Shown: one piece after another, positions 1 to 13,909 of the stretch
Layout of the letters: each line of letters starts with the position of its first letter
Numbering within the stretch: the first letter of the stretch is position 1
Assembly (NCBI GenBank): GCA_012295275.1
Contig: CM022665.1
Location: 16,058,001 to 16,122,000 of the forward strand
Length of the DNA stretch: 64,000 nt
From: Chrysomallon squamiferum
Taxonomy: Eukaryota; Animalia; Mollusca
Direction of reading: 5' to 3'
Made by a program: the position numbers and the translations under genes
Notes under the pieces: generated by a model
Databases searched by the model: none
Seen by the model: only the letters and a program-made list of their open reading frames with translations
What the model was told of the DNA's origin: nothing

Positions 1-328
1 AGATTTTCTAACACAATTCCAATTCTGAAATAGATGACAATCTTTGCTTTGGATCAAGTCTTTAGCATGTAAAATTTAAATGTAAAGTCATATAATCTTG
101 CATATATAATTACAGTCAGAAACCCACATTCAGACAGAAACAAATCCTCAGTCATATAAATAAATATGGACACACACCATATACATACTTGCACAAACAT
201 ATTTTTTTCTCAAATATGTATATGAAAAATTATCCTGTTCACACTCTGGCATAGAGTAAGAGACATATATAAACTCATTCTGTCATTCACAAAAAATTAC
301 AAATATTAATTTTCAAGTCTGTACTAAC

Positions 329-1500
329 TTGAGAAGACTTGAATGCCAATAAGTAAGTTTTGCCACTGGTCAAAAATATTTCAAGACCAATGTCCAGTAA
401 CTGGTAACGTCTTTGATGTATCTCTTTGATGTCAACATGAGGCCATTTCATAGACAGCTGATCCTTGTTACCTATTAACACCTGTAAAATTATTGTAAGA
501 AAGAAATCATGAATTAGAAAATTAAACACTGAAAAAATAATTTAGAAAATAACACAAAATAAAAAATCATGGAAAGAAAAAGAAATAAAAAGGAAAGTGA
601 TAAAACATCAATAAATAAATAAATAAAAGATTTAATTAAAAAATATATATATAATATATATATCTATTAAGTAAAAAGAAGTGAAAAATTCAAATAGAAA
701 GATATATATTCAACAAAATCTTATTTACCTACTTTCAAAAATTAAATAATGTATGCACGTTGTGTATATGTATCTGTATATGTAACAGAACATAACATAA
801 TATCTAAATAACATAAAATATGTAAGATAATTTTTTTTTTATAATTGTTTACCTGTGTGTAATTAGCATCTGTTATAGCCTCATCAGCCACAAAGAAGAT
901 TGACATTTCACCTGAAAACAAATGAAAGATATTTAAATTTAACTTTAAATAATAAAAACTGATAAATCAAAGAAGTTCACCAGATGAAAGGAAAGCTTCT
1001 CTTGCTTTTTATTTCTTACAGCAACTGCAAAGGGAAAATTAACTGTAATGTTCTAATAATCAACTGCTGGAAATGTTGAAATCATATTTGTCTTTAATAC
1101 ATAATCCAGCATACTGGGTTAAATGCTGAAGACAGTGATTAATTTATCTCATGTACACAATTGAGCAGGTGTTAATGATCTAATTTTTTTTTTTTTTTAT
1201 TTTTTTTTTATTATTTATTAATATTTGTTAGTGGTTGAAATTATTATCCTGAATAATGCATTTAACATGGAGGGCTTTGGGAGGGACTGGTAAAGTCATA
1301 AGGAAAAGAAAATACATTTACCAACAAGAAGTTCTCCTTTGTTCTCACTGGCTGGAGACACAGCCATGCATCTGCATGTGTAGCTGGAGAGAGAAAGTTT
1401 AGATATTTTTCAAAATAATCTGAGACTCAAACTGAATTCTAAAATACTTGTTTTAAATATATTTGTTAATATAATAATATATTCTGTTTAAAAAAAAAAA

Positions 1501-1531
<31 letters not shown>

Positions 1532-2460
1532 TTTTTTAAAAACATAATAAAAAAATATAATAAAATAAAATAATCAGTTAAACTGCCACTAACTCAGATG
1601 TAATTACTTATCAAACACTAAGAAGGATGAGAGAAGGAGAAGGGGAAACTGACAGCAGGAGAGAAAATATGAGAATGTTATACTGATGGAACTCTTTTAT
1701 AACTCATAATTTTTAACACAAAATATTAATTCTACAAAAAGAAACTATAAAGGATTTACCGTAAAACAAGACAATAGTTATCTTTTAAACCAAAAAGTTG
1801 TGAACTAACAACATGCTGGTCATTTTAATTTTTAAACAAAATATACTAATGTTATTGACATGATCTGTAACAATCAATAATATAAATTATTTCAGAGTAC
1901 AAATGAATACTGCAGAGACCTGCCTGACAAATAAAATCTATCAGATTTCTTACTGTATTTTTTCATTAGTCTGGTGTCTGTAAATTAGAGCAGCTGCATC
2001 AGACATTTGATTGGCATCTTGGAACAGAAAGATCAATGGTGGATCAGTGTTTTCAGAATCTATTAAAAAAATAAAAAAATAAAAAGTTACATTCAAACAT
2101 TTGTTTAAATGTAGTGTGTGTGTTTAATGGTGTATGTTTGTTTTGGTATACATTTTCTAATCATGATGTGTGTATGTATCTGCATGTGTAATGTATATGT
2201 AGCATGTTGAAGTATATTCATATAGGTTGTCATTTGTCTCAGAATGTGTGTTTGAATGCATGCATGTACATGTGTTTGTGGTGTGTATGAGTGCATGCAT
2301 TAATGTACACTTACCAACATTTTTCTTGTAATCAGCAGACAGGAATTTTGGGTCAATTTCAAGATGGTTGCGCTGAAGTCTTCTTCTCATTCTTCCAGGT
2401 CCCTCTGTGGGGTCCAGTTGCCAGGATCGTGGGTATGACTCCCTGTGGTACCAGACTGAC
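329..2460 (-). CDS. LYST: LYST exons 37-41: pre-PH 'WQLDPTEGP' segment and PH-like (PH_BEACH) domain
   Basis: [19 protein letters not shown]; [18 protein letters not shown]; [36 protein letters not shown]. Confidence 0.95.
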
Positions 2461-5400
2461 CTGAAAAATTCAACCACATCAAGATAAAATGTTTAAAACT
2501 TAAAATACAGATGTAAAGAAAGAAAGAGACCACCCCCAAAAAAAAAGAATAAAAGAAAAATCAAGAAAGAAAAAAAAGAAAGGAAGGAAGGAAAGAAGAA
2601 AGACAAGAAACAAAAAAAGAGAAAGAAAGAAAGAACATTATGGTAAAAATGAGAAATAAAAGAAATAATTAAATTACGTATAATTTTAAAATATTAATTT
2701 GCCAAATTTAATTAAGACCATAATTTCTTTCTAAAAGAAATTATTTTAGAATTTTCTTAATTAAATAAATAAATACGAAAGTATGTAAAATAAAATATAA
2801 AATAATATAAAATAAATAATATTAAAAAATAAATAAATAAGAAAAAGATTTAGTAAGTATGTAAGTAGAATAAAATAAAAAAAATATAAAATAAATAAAT
2901 AAATAAACAAACAAACAAACAAACACAGAGAAAACATGCCTAAACTGTATTTAACCCATTAGTCTACTGAACCACAAGTATTCTTGAAAAAGAGTTCTTT
3001 ACCTTTCGTGTGTTAGGTTTTGAATAAGTTTCTGCCAGGACTGTTTTAGCTGTATCTGTTCTGTCAGGTTTTTCTTAATATGCTCAATCAGGTTCTTTCT
3101 CTGTATGTTCTGTAGCTGAGTGACTCTGCGTGTCACGTCCATAGCATGTCCAGACAACAGCTTGGCATGTTTGTCAAATCTGTGCAGTATCCTACGATCA
3201 AAGAAAAATAAGCATACAGTGAAAAAATTATTATTTTATGATAATAAAAAAATTATGCAATAAGAAACAATATCTTATAGTATAAAATTATGCAATAAAA
3301 AACATTATTTTTGTAATAAAATTATGCAACTAAAAACAATATCATTTAATTAAAAATTATACAAAGAAATGAAATATTCTACGATTTAAATTCACACAAT
3401 GAAAAACAATATCAAATAATGAAATACAAAAAATTTCCTAAACAAAGATAAAAAAACTAATATAGCTGTATTATTTTTCTTTCTGATAACACTAGAAGAA
3501 ATTTTAAAGCATGTATGTGATGATGACATCTTAACAGCATAAAATGGCAGCACCCAAATATTTTAAAATGTTTTCTTTAAGATTTGATATGAAGTAATAA
3601 ATAAAATATAACTTGAAATTAAGCAGAATATATTTTTGTGATGGTATGTTGTTAAGCATTCATTCAGTTGTAACACCAAAGTTGCACTTTAAATATACCT
3701 TTGAATTACTGTTTCTCGTTTCTGTTGCCACAGATGTTTTTCCTTCAACATCCTCATATCAATATTTCTCTTGTCCTGGAAATTCAAATAACAGTGGATC
3801 ATTGTCTTTTTTATCATTATTAATAAAATGTTGTTTGTGTAACATTATTTTAACAAAACACATGTTAATAACAAGTCTGAAAATTAAAAAGGCATTAAAA
3901 CTGGATAATCTTAAAGACATGATTTTTATATTCAGATAAGATGTTTTTCTCAGAATTCTGCTACAGTTCATTCAATGATGTTGGCATACACATAGATATA
4001 ATCATTATTTAATCACCATTGTAGTGGCTAACATCTTCTTATTCATTAAAAATACAAAACTGGTTAATTTGATGTGTCAGCAACAACCTGTGGTATTTTA
4101 TAAAACTTTTTCTGTATTTTCATTAGTGCAAAAGAAAAATTCACAGCCAAGTTCCAAAGAAAACTGTGGACTGGAATACATGAACCACATCTTTAATATT
4201 AGTGTAAAACTATCTTTTTATTTTAATCTTAGATATAATGTTATGTGCACTGTCTTTTGTTTAGGTTGATAATTCTTCTAAAGTGAAAAGAATTTAATAG
4301 AGTTTATAAATAAATAACTAACGTTCCTTAGTGATACAGAAAGTACTATACAGTAAGTACCAAACACTTCAGAAATGAAAAAAACAAAAAACTATTACTG
4401 ACAATAACATACAGAGAATCTACAAACATTTTGTATATCAAAGAGAAATAAACAAACTCATTACATTTTCCTTGATTTCAAACTAAGGCATATTCATGGG
4501 ATATATATATATATATATTTATAGATAAAGCTATACATATATATTTGTAGGTAATCAAATATGTAAGTGTAATAATAATAATGAAAAACAGAATGCAAAA
4601 AACACTTCTTGGCATCACTTCAATTTACAGGCATTTGCTGTACACAAAAATCAGATTTAAATTTAAAAGAAAAATCTACCAACCTCTGTTAGAACAAGTT
4701 TCTTCTCTTCTGTGAGTTTTTCATCTGTTCTGAAGATTGTGTAACCAAGTTGTCTGAGAATGTTTAGCAAACCACAGCCATCCCCTCTCTGTGGTCCCAC
4801 CAGCCATTCACGCCACGTTGTCAGCAAGTCAAATACATAAAAACTCAGGTCAATTCCCTGATAAATATTATTTTTTTATATAAATTTGTGAATTGTTTTA
4901 ACAAACTGTAGACCTGGGTGGCTTTCCTTACTTAACTTCATATACTGAAGAATTTTGTGAAAGTAAATAAACAGATAAAGTTAAGCATGAAAAGAAAGCC
5001 AGTTCCGCAGTTTTTTAAAACAATAATCAAATAAAAAAAAATACTGAAATAATGTTTTGTAAAAGGGTGCACATTAAAAATTAATAGTAACAACAACCTC
5101 AGCAACAATTAAAATTCTACTACTACTACTACTACTACTGGAGCTGCTGCTGCTACTACTACTACTACTTATTATAATAATAATAATAAATGAAAAGAAA
5201 AGGATTTAAATATTGAAAAAATTGTATGGATATAAAAAATTGATAGAGTCAGTAAAATAAAATTTAAAAATTTGTTAAGCACCATACAAAATAAATAATA
5301 AATATGCATATTGTTAATCGAGTTTGGAAAAATTATTTTAAAATGTACAAATTATTGCTGAAAGTAATAAAGCAATAACAACAACAACATACCACTGGAT

Positions 5401-8400
5401 GGACGGATGCACATATCTTGACAATTTCTCTTCCATGACTTTCACCCATGATGAAAGACAAGGCAAACAGTCGAACATTGAAATTAACCTTTGCTGACAT
5501 CATACACAACAGCAGTCTGCTAAACTGAAACAATAAAAAATAAAAAATAATAATTTATATATAAATGTAAACAAGCACATGAAGACCTCAGAAATCAAAA
5601 GAAAAGAAAACTGAATAGCTACACATATTTGTATACACATTTTTTTTCTCTTTTACTTTTAGAATATATTTTAAACATACAAACACTAATAACAACAACA
5701 ACAGCAGCAATAACAATAATAAAAACACAGAGTTAATTCAATATTCCATACAATAAGAAATTGTTTCATCATAATAATTTCAAAGTTAACACACTATATA
5801 ATAGCTTTGTTCACAAACAATTTTAAATTTCAGATCAATAAAATTATTTTTCATAGAAGTTATTTTAGTATCTCATCAATGCGTCACCTAATGTGGAAAA
5901 ACAAAAAGCTGAACCATAAATTTCATTTCTAAGAGTTAAACAATAGCAAGATGAAATTCACAACATTCATATGGCCAGTATGTTACTACTTTGTAGTCAA
6001 TATACTAACTGTGATGACTTAGACAGTGTCACCCAGCCAAACATAAAATCACCCCAAAATTGTGTAAATAATTTTATTAAAGTTAAATACTTACTTGTTG
6101 TCTTATAAGATCCTTAGCTCCCCCAAAAATCACATTTCTAGTTCTTCTATTGTAACCACTCTTATCCTAAAGTAAAAATAAAATAAAATTTAAAAACCAA
6201 AATATATATATTATTTTAGATCTTTAATTAATTCATTAGCATTATTATTATTATTATTATTTTCCTAAATTAAAAAATATCTATGTAACCGAAATATATT
6301 ATTAATGTACATACATACATATGCAAATGTATGTATGTCTGTATGTAGACAGGTTTGTATGAATTTGTGTTTGTGTGTATATATGTGCATATGTAATTAC
6401 TTATGTGTGAACATACTTATGCATATATTAGTGTATATCATACCAAGGTACATTCAAGTGCTTTGTATGTAAATGTGAACAGTTTTGTCAGGAAGTTGTC
6501 ATCCAGTGAAGAAACATTAGTAGCAAATATCTGTGATTTATCTTCTTCTGGCTTTTTTACTTCTGTTCTATCTAAAATAACAGAAATAATATGTAAATAT
6601 AATACTAACAGACACACAAAGAAAAACAATAAAAATACTGAAAAGTAATAACAATTAAATAATCAAGTAAATAAATATTAAATAAAATTAATAAAAAGAA
6701 AATCTACAATAAATAAATTTTGAAATGTTTGATTACATGCATGTGTGTGTATCATGTGTTTGTGGATGTCTGTATTGTGATAGATATATAAAATTAATTT
6801 TGCAGTAAAAACCATATTCAATATATTTTCTTTTCCTTTCTGAATAATGTACTAGTAAATTACATGAACTGCTGTCAAAATCAGTTCTAATGTTTTCAAA
6901 CTGAATTTTACATAAACATTATTTTTTTTAAATTATTTATTTATTTATTTATTATTATTAATAGTAGTAATACTAGTAGTATTTGTTTTATATTTTTATT
7001 ATTATTATAATTATTATTTTTTTTTTGCTATATCCAATTAATAAATATAATACAGAAGATAAAAATATAACATATTTTTTAAAACCAAAATTACCTTTCA
7101 ACACAACTAAATTGACAACAAACAGCAGAAACTTTTTCAACCTGTCCAACAATTCAGACTGACTTATAACTGTGTGTATTATCTTTTTATTCTTGCCAAA
7201 TAAGAATGACAGCCTTGAGGATGTTGCACTCTGTGAAGATATTGATGACAGATTCAGTGAAGATGTCTTCCATGCTGACCTCATTTTTAATGAATCTGAG
7301 GATATGTCCATGTTGATACTAGAGTAACTTTTCTCGTCGAATGGCACATCTGTAAACTTATCAGTTTGAGAAAGTGTTCCAAGAGCTCTTTTATGAGTGA
7401 GGTGAGAAGGGTGTGAGGTTATCAGGGATTGGAGAGTGGAGAGACGGAAAGTGCGAGGACTTTGGTTATGGTTACCTGAAATAACATTGTCATCATAATC
7501 ATCATCACATAGATACATGTTTTATAATAGGTTTTAAGTTGTTTATAAATATAGGATTTGTTAAGGATAAAGGAATATAATGCTTGATGAAGAAAACTTA
7601 AAAGTGAAAATAATATTTTTATATATTATATAAATAATATCATAATACTGAGATAAAATATTTAAAACACATATTTAACATAGTTACATGCACACATTCA
7701 CATATAATAAAATATGTTAACATTAAGAAATGAAAATATATATGGACAAAGATAATTAGAAAATGTAACTTTCTGTTTTATACATGTTTTAAAACAAACC
7801 TTACATAAAAGTTAACTGAAAAAAAAAAAAATTATTTTATTTACAAATACATCCCATATATTTTGGCACAATATGATTATTTTGGACTATATGTATGACA
7901 AGAGAGGAAACCAGCTACATCATGCAATGGGTTACTCTTTATTCCATAAGCAGCAAAGGAATTTTTGTATCCATCTTCCTGTATACAGGAGAGCACATAC
8001 AAAGGCCTCTGATAAACCAGTTTAATAGGGACAGTGAAGAGTGTCAATACTGTGACCTATCATATCTCACTCACACGCAACAACTCCAAACAACACACTA
8101 CAACTCCAAACAACACTCTACAACTCCAAACAACACACTACAACTCCAAACAACACTCTACAACTCCAAACAACACTCTACAACTCCAAACAACACACTA
8201 CAACTCCAAACAACACACTACAACTCCAAACAACACTCTACAACTCAAAACAACACACTACAACTCCAAACAACACACAACAACTCCAAACAACACACTA
8301 CAACTCAAACCAACAAACTTCAACAAAAAACAATACAAACCAACACAAGATATATAAAAAAAAAATAGTACCACTCAAACCAACACACTACAAAACAAAA

Positions 8401-11400
8401 CACACTGCCATTCAAGCCAACACAACACAACACATCACAATTCAAACCAACAAACTTCTGCAGAAAAAAACAATATATTACAATTCAAATCAACACTCTA
8501 CAACTAAAACCAACATATTACATCTCGGCTATTCATAATATATTCCTATGATGAAAGATAGCATTACTTCACCACAAAAGACTGTGACTAAATGTGTTAT
8601 TTTATTTACCATATCCCCCAGTGTTTGCATTTCCAGATGACACTGAAAACCAACTAAGAGGCTGCTGACTGAATTCTTCACTCTGTTTTTCTATGTAGTT
8701 CAGTATTGTATTGATTACTTCCATCTGTACAATCCTCACATGTTCTGCATTCTTCTCTCCACCATCTTTTAAATAAAACAAATACTTCATTAAATTACAT
8801 TATTTAAACTTTTAACAAAATACTTCATTAAACATTTAATTACGTTATTTAAATTTTTAATGATACAACCTTTGATTAAATTATTTAAACTTTTAATGAT
8901 ACAACCTTTGATTAAATTATTTAAACTGTTAATAAGTCACTTAATTAACATCTGTTTTTACTGAAGTAACTATTTGGTATAGTAGAATTTTCTTAAGAAT
9001 TTGTTAAATTATCAGATTTAATGTAATTAATGCTATATTGTTTTAATATATATATCTATCTATCTACCTATAGAGATACAAATGCACACACAGACAAACA
9101 TAAAGAGACTTAAATAAATCTAAAAAAAAAAAATCAAAAATAGTAATAATAAAACATTTACTTACCACATGCTGTTTGATTTTCTTCCAGAATTTTCAAA
9201 AGGCTGACAAGATCTTCAACCTGCTGGTAGTGATTCATTCCACTGCAACTAAAATTAATTTAAACATTGAATATGTCAGAATCACTGTGCACAGAGTTAC
9301 CTAAGTACAAAACTAGACTGATTTTCATGAATGATAAACATGTATTTTTTTTTTTACTGTCATTTTTATCAATTATGTGATAGCTGATTGGTCACTAATT
9401 TTGATTTTTGATTTATTTGAAAAATTTGAAATTATTATTCAATATATGGTCAGTTTCATTAGATAACAGTCCTTTACATTTTAAAATAACGATGTGGCCT
9501 AAGATAGCTCTCTTTCATAAAGTTTATGTTTCCAGGAAAGTCCTATTAAATTTGAATGAATTTTTTACTTTTTTTTTCTTTTTAAAAAGGTAAAAAAAAC
9601 AGGGATATTTGTTGGTTGTTTTCTTTTTCTTTTTTTCTTTTTGCTATAAAAGTAATTATTAAAATTATGTTCTACATTTTTATCAATCTCAGTGAAATAG
9701 GTCTTTATTTTGTTAACAAAATTATTTCAGAATGATTCAGAATCACTTTCAGATTTCAAAAAAAATAAACACAATATATTTATCAAACTTGAGATCAAAA
9801 TACCAATTCTGGTCAAACCAGATCCCTCTATAAATCCCTGTATAAATAAATATTTATAAAAAAAACCCACATAAAAACAAAATATATTGTAAAGTATACA
9901 TCTGACAGTTTATAGAGTAAAATAAGAAGTAATAAAGTTTAGAAACCTGAATTCATTTTCAGCCACCATACACAAAATATTCTGAATATCCAAGAGTATA
10001 AGCTGGCATTCATCTCTCCCTACAATATCAGTTGGTCTAAAAGAAAACAAATTTCCAGTATATTAATATTTTAAGAACAGTTAATAAAAAAAGAATCCAG
10101 AGTTATGTAACACTGTTATTATGATTGAATAAATGTGTCCAGCTTACTGAGTAAACAGGGAAGGAGGGAAAATGCCAATCTTAATGTTAATTTGCAGTTT
10201 GTGTTATTGTCATACTTTATTGTTAGCAAACACTGGAGTCAAGTTATATTCAAAACATTCACTTGAAAGTATTCATTTAAAATCTTATTTTGTTTTCACC
10301 AAAAATTCAATCTTCAGACAAAGGTAAGGAAATAATAATCAATGGATTTATGAGTACTATTTTGAATATTTTAAAGAATTCAAAACTAAATAAAAATAAA
10401 ATCTATAACATTTTATATGATAGAAATTATAAAGGGACATCAAACTAGTGAAAATTGTCTTAACACACTAAAATAGTCATAATATATTAAAATTATAATA
10501 AACACATTAAGGCAGGTGTCTGAAAAGTTCCTACCTGTCTTCTTTCTGAACTACAGCAATGAGATTACACAAAACTTCAGCAAGTCCTTGTTCTAAAAAC
10601 AGTGTGCTGAGAATAGGTGAGATCGTTATCATCTGTTAAAAAAAAAGATACTGCTGTAGAAAGAATTCTTAGATTAAACTGCAATATGCTTATGATGTTA
10701 GTTATGAAATCAGTAATATGATGGCAACATTATTAAATACCATGGAGGAAGAGATACCCCAAACAAGATAAAAACAACAGATTTTGTTGTAACTTAAGTG
10801 CTAAATATTAATGTGCAAACACTTGAAATACCATCATGTGTAAGCTTCATACACATAGATCCATAAATTATGTTTATTTCTCTGTCTGTCTGTCTCTCTC
10901 TCTCTCCCCCATCCCTCCCTCCCTCCCTCCCTAACTGCCTGTGTCTCTCTTTATCACACACACAAACATGCATACATGTATGAATGTAGAGACACTACCA
11001 ACAACAGCAACTATGTATAATGTACAGATAAACACCTGATGTAAGATTTCTAGTGAGTTGTGACAGAGAGCCACATTATGGGCTGTTTTTTCTAGCAGTG
11101 ACAAGAAAACAACTGATGAACACTGCTGAACAGGTGTAAGTTCTGTGAAACATTCCGGTGAACATCTGAAAAACAACAGTAATAAAATATATCAACAACC
11201 CTCACCAAAAAAATTCAACAGTATTCTGTTATTATTATTATTATTATCAAATTTTTTTATTTAGTTTTTTCCCCCAGGTTGTAAACAAAACAATGCACAC
11301 ACTCACACTCACAGAAAAAAAAAAAAATCAATATTATTAATATTATTATTAATAATTAAAAAACCAAAACTGTGTTCAAATTGTAAAAAAATAAAAATAA

Positions 11401-11704
11401 AAATACACACACATGACCCCTCAAAGATAAAACAACACTGTTCTTATTTATTTATGTAGTTATTTACTTACTTACTTACTTATTTAAACAATTCTTTATT
11501 ACTTAATGAATAAAGAATTAAAAAAACTTGTAAATCTATTTAAACAATCTACTAAACTGAGCAGGAAATAATTATAATAAATTTAAAATGTTTAATGATG
11601 AACATCTTAAAGTGTATCCAGTGAAGATACAACATAAATATTCTGTTTGCTTCTAATTTACCTGTTTTATTTATTACTAGAGTCTACTTTTAGAAATAAA
11701 GCAT

Positions 11705-11735
<31 letters not shown>

Positions 11736-13877
11736 CATGTGCATGTGTGTACAAAATATAATAAATCAAAAATAAATACCCTTCTTCAAATGAGAAATCT
11801 TGACCAAGAAAGATGGACAGGGCTGCTTCAACATGTTCCTCTTGTGCTGGGTACTGGTGGAGTTGACTGGCAAGTAAATAGAATCCTTCAACTTTGAGAA
11901 ACTTCTCCAGATAGCGAGGTGAAGCTTGTCTCACATAGGCAGCAATAAGCTAAAGTGATAAAAATATGAACTGTACATAAAAATACAAATAATATAGATA
12001 TATGAATATGCAAATATATGTCACATACAAATGTATTTGTATATAATGAAAATTTTATGCAGATGTGTTTGTGTGACTGTGTGTGTGTGTGTGTTTGTGT
12101 CCATGTATATATGAGGTTATATGAACATTTACAAATATACATAGCTGTTTTGCATACAAATGCACTCACAAATTTTTATTTTATATATATGTTTCTTAGT
12201 GTATAGATATGCATATCTGCAATTATGTGTGTATATGCATTCACATAAATGCATACATTTATATCACTTTTATATGCATATATAACATTATATATTTACA
12301 TATGTATAACTAACTGTACACATGTGAATGTTTAAACATATTTAATGCATTTAGATGTCAATATTATACTGTTATTTAAATACTAACAATACTTTAACAT
12401 AAATCAGTTCACATACTCTGATAACTGCTGATCTGATCTGTGGTGAATTGTTGTGTGCCAGTACTATCATCATATCTGGATCTAGAACTGTGGCAAATGC
12501 CATATCTAAAGAGCTTTCAGGAATATCCAGGATTACTTTGTGCAGATAGTTTAATAATCCTGAAAATATTGATGAATAGTAAGAAGAAAGAAGTTCAACA
12601 TCGTTATACTAGTTTGAAACAAAAGACTTTTTTTTTTTAAAATTTTAAAATTATTATTTCTTATCCATTGTTAAAAGAGGAATGAATAATGGTAACAACA
12701 ACAATAATTTAAAAAAATGAAGTACAAAATGTATATAGTCATGAGAGGTCATGAAGTATTTTGTACATACCCTCCAATAGAGAGGAAAGTATTGTGAGAC
12801 ACTAGATGGCAAAGTTAGGTGGGTTTTCGATGCAGAATGCAAATAATTAAAGACTCAGGTTAACAGTCTTTTTAATAACTTACTGTTTTTAACAGAGAAT
12901 AGAAGAAATAAAAAGAACAGAAAAGAAAGAAACATGGAAAGGAAGAAGGAAGGAAAGATTGAAAGAAAGAAAATAAAAAACTTTAACTAAGATATTTACC
13001 AACCTGCTACTAGAGTTGTTAACCCAATGTCTTTATCATCTTCTGTTTCACCCACAGAATCGAAGTCCACAGCAATTTCATTTACATTTTCAATATCAGC
13101 TGCAACACTATCACACGAAATCTGCTGTGAGATCACACCTACACTGCTGCCCCCATTACCATCCACATCAATTACATTTACATCATCAGTTGTAATTTCA
13201 TCTCCTTTAGGGGAGTTCTTCATTTGGGAATATTGAGGAAGATTCTGTTTCTGAGAAAACATATCCAAGTCTGTTGAAGTTTCATTGTCAGTAGATGGAG
13301 ACTGAGACTTTCTGCAATAGTCTCCATCTGAATTATTCACTACATAACCTGCAACTAAGCATTGCCGTGGAGGAAATTCTTTTCCAGAAACAGAGCTGGC
13401 ATCACTCTCTAATTTCTCATCCAAACTGGATTTCTGAGATGAACTTAATGAGCTTTCTCTTATGTCTTTGGTTTTTGTTTGTGATGTTTTTGACTTTATA
13501 TCTTCAAAAAAAAAAAATATATATATATATATATACACACATATGATAGATTATTTTGATGAAACTTTATTTTTAACATAATGGATCATGGACAAAAAAT
13601 TAAATATAAAGAAGAAACAACTAAATACAAATCTAATCAATGACATTTATATTGTAGTTCATTTATAAGAAGAAAGATTAAACATACAAACAGAAAAATC
13701 AAATATTAAGAACAAAAATATATATAAACGTATACACACCATACACATATACATACACTAACATAAAAACTTGTCTTATGAATCAAGCATCATTAACTTA
13801 AGAAACAAATGACGATTTTTCAGTAGACACAAGATACTGGAATGAATAGTACATAAATGGTGAAAATATACAAATAA

Positions 13878-13909
<32 letters not shown>

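Noticed and set aside
7895-8368. 157-aa and 107-aa repetitive plus-strand ORFs; superficially CRISPR-like periodicity
   Set aside because: They are translations of the 20-bp minisatellite. There are no unique spacers, and the region is antisense within a LYST intron.
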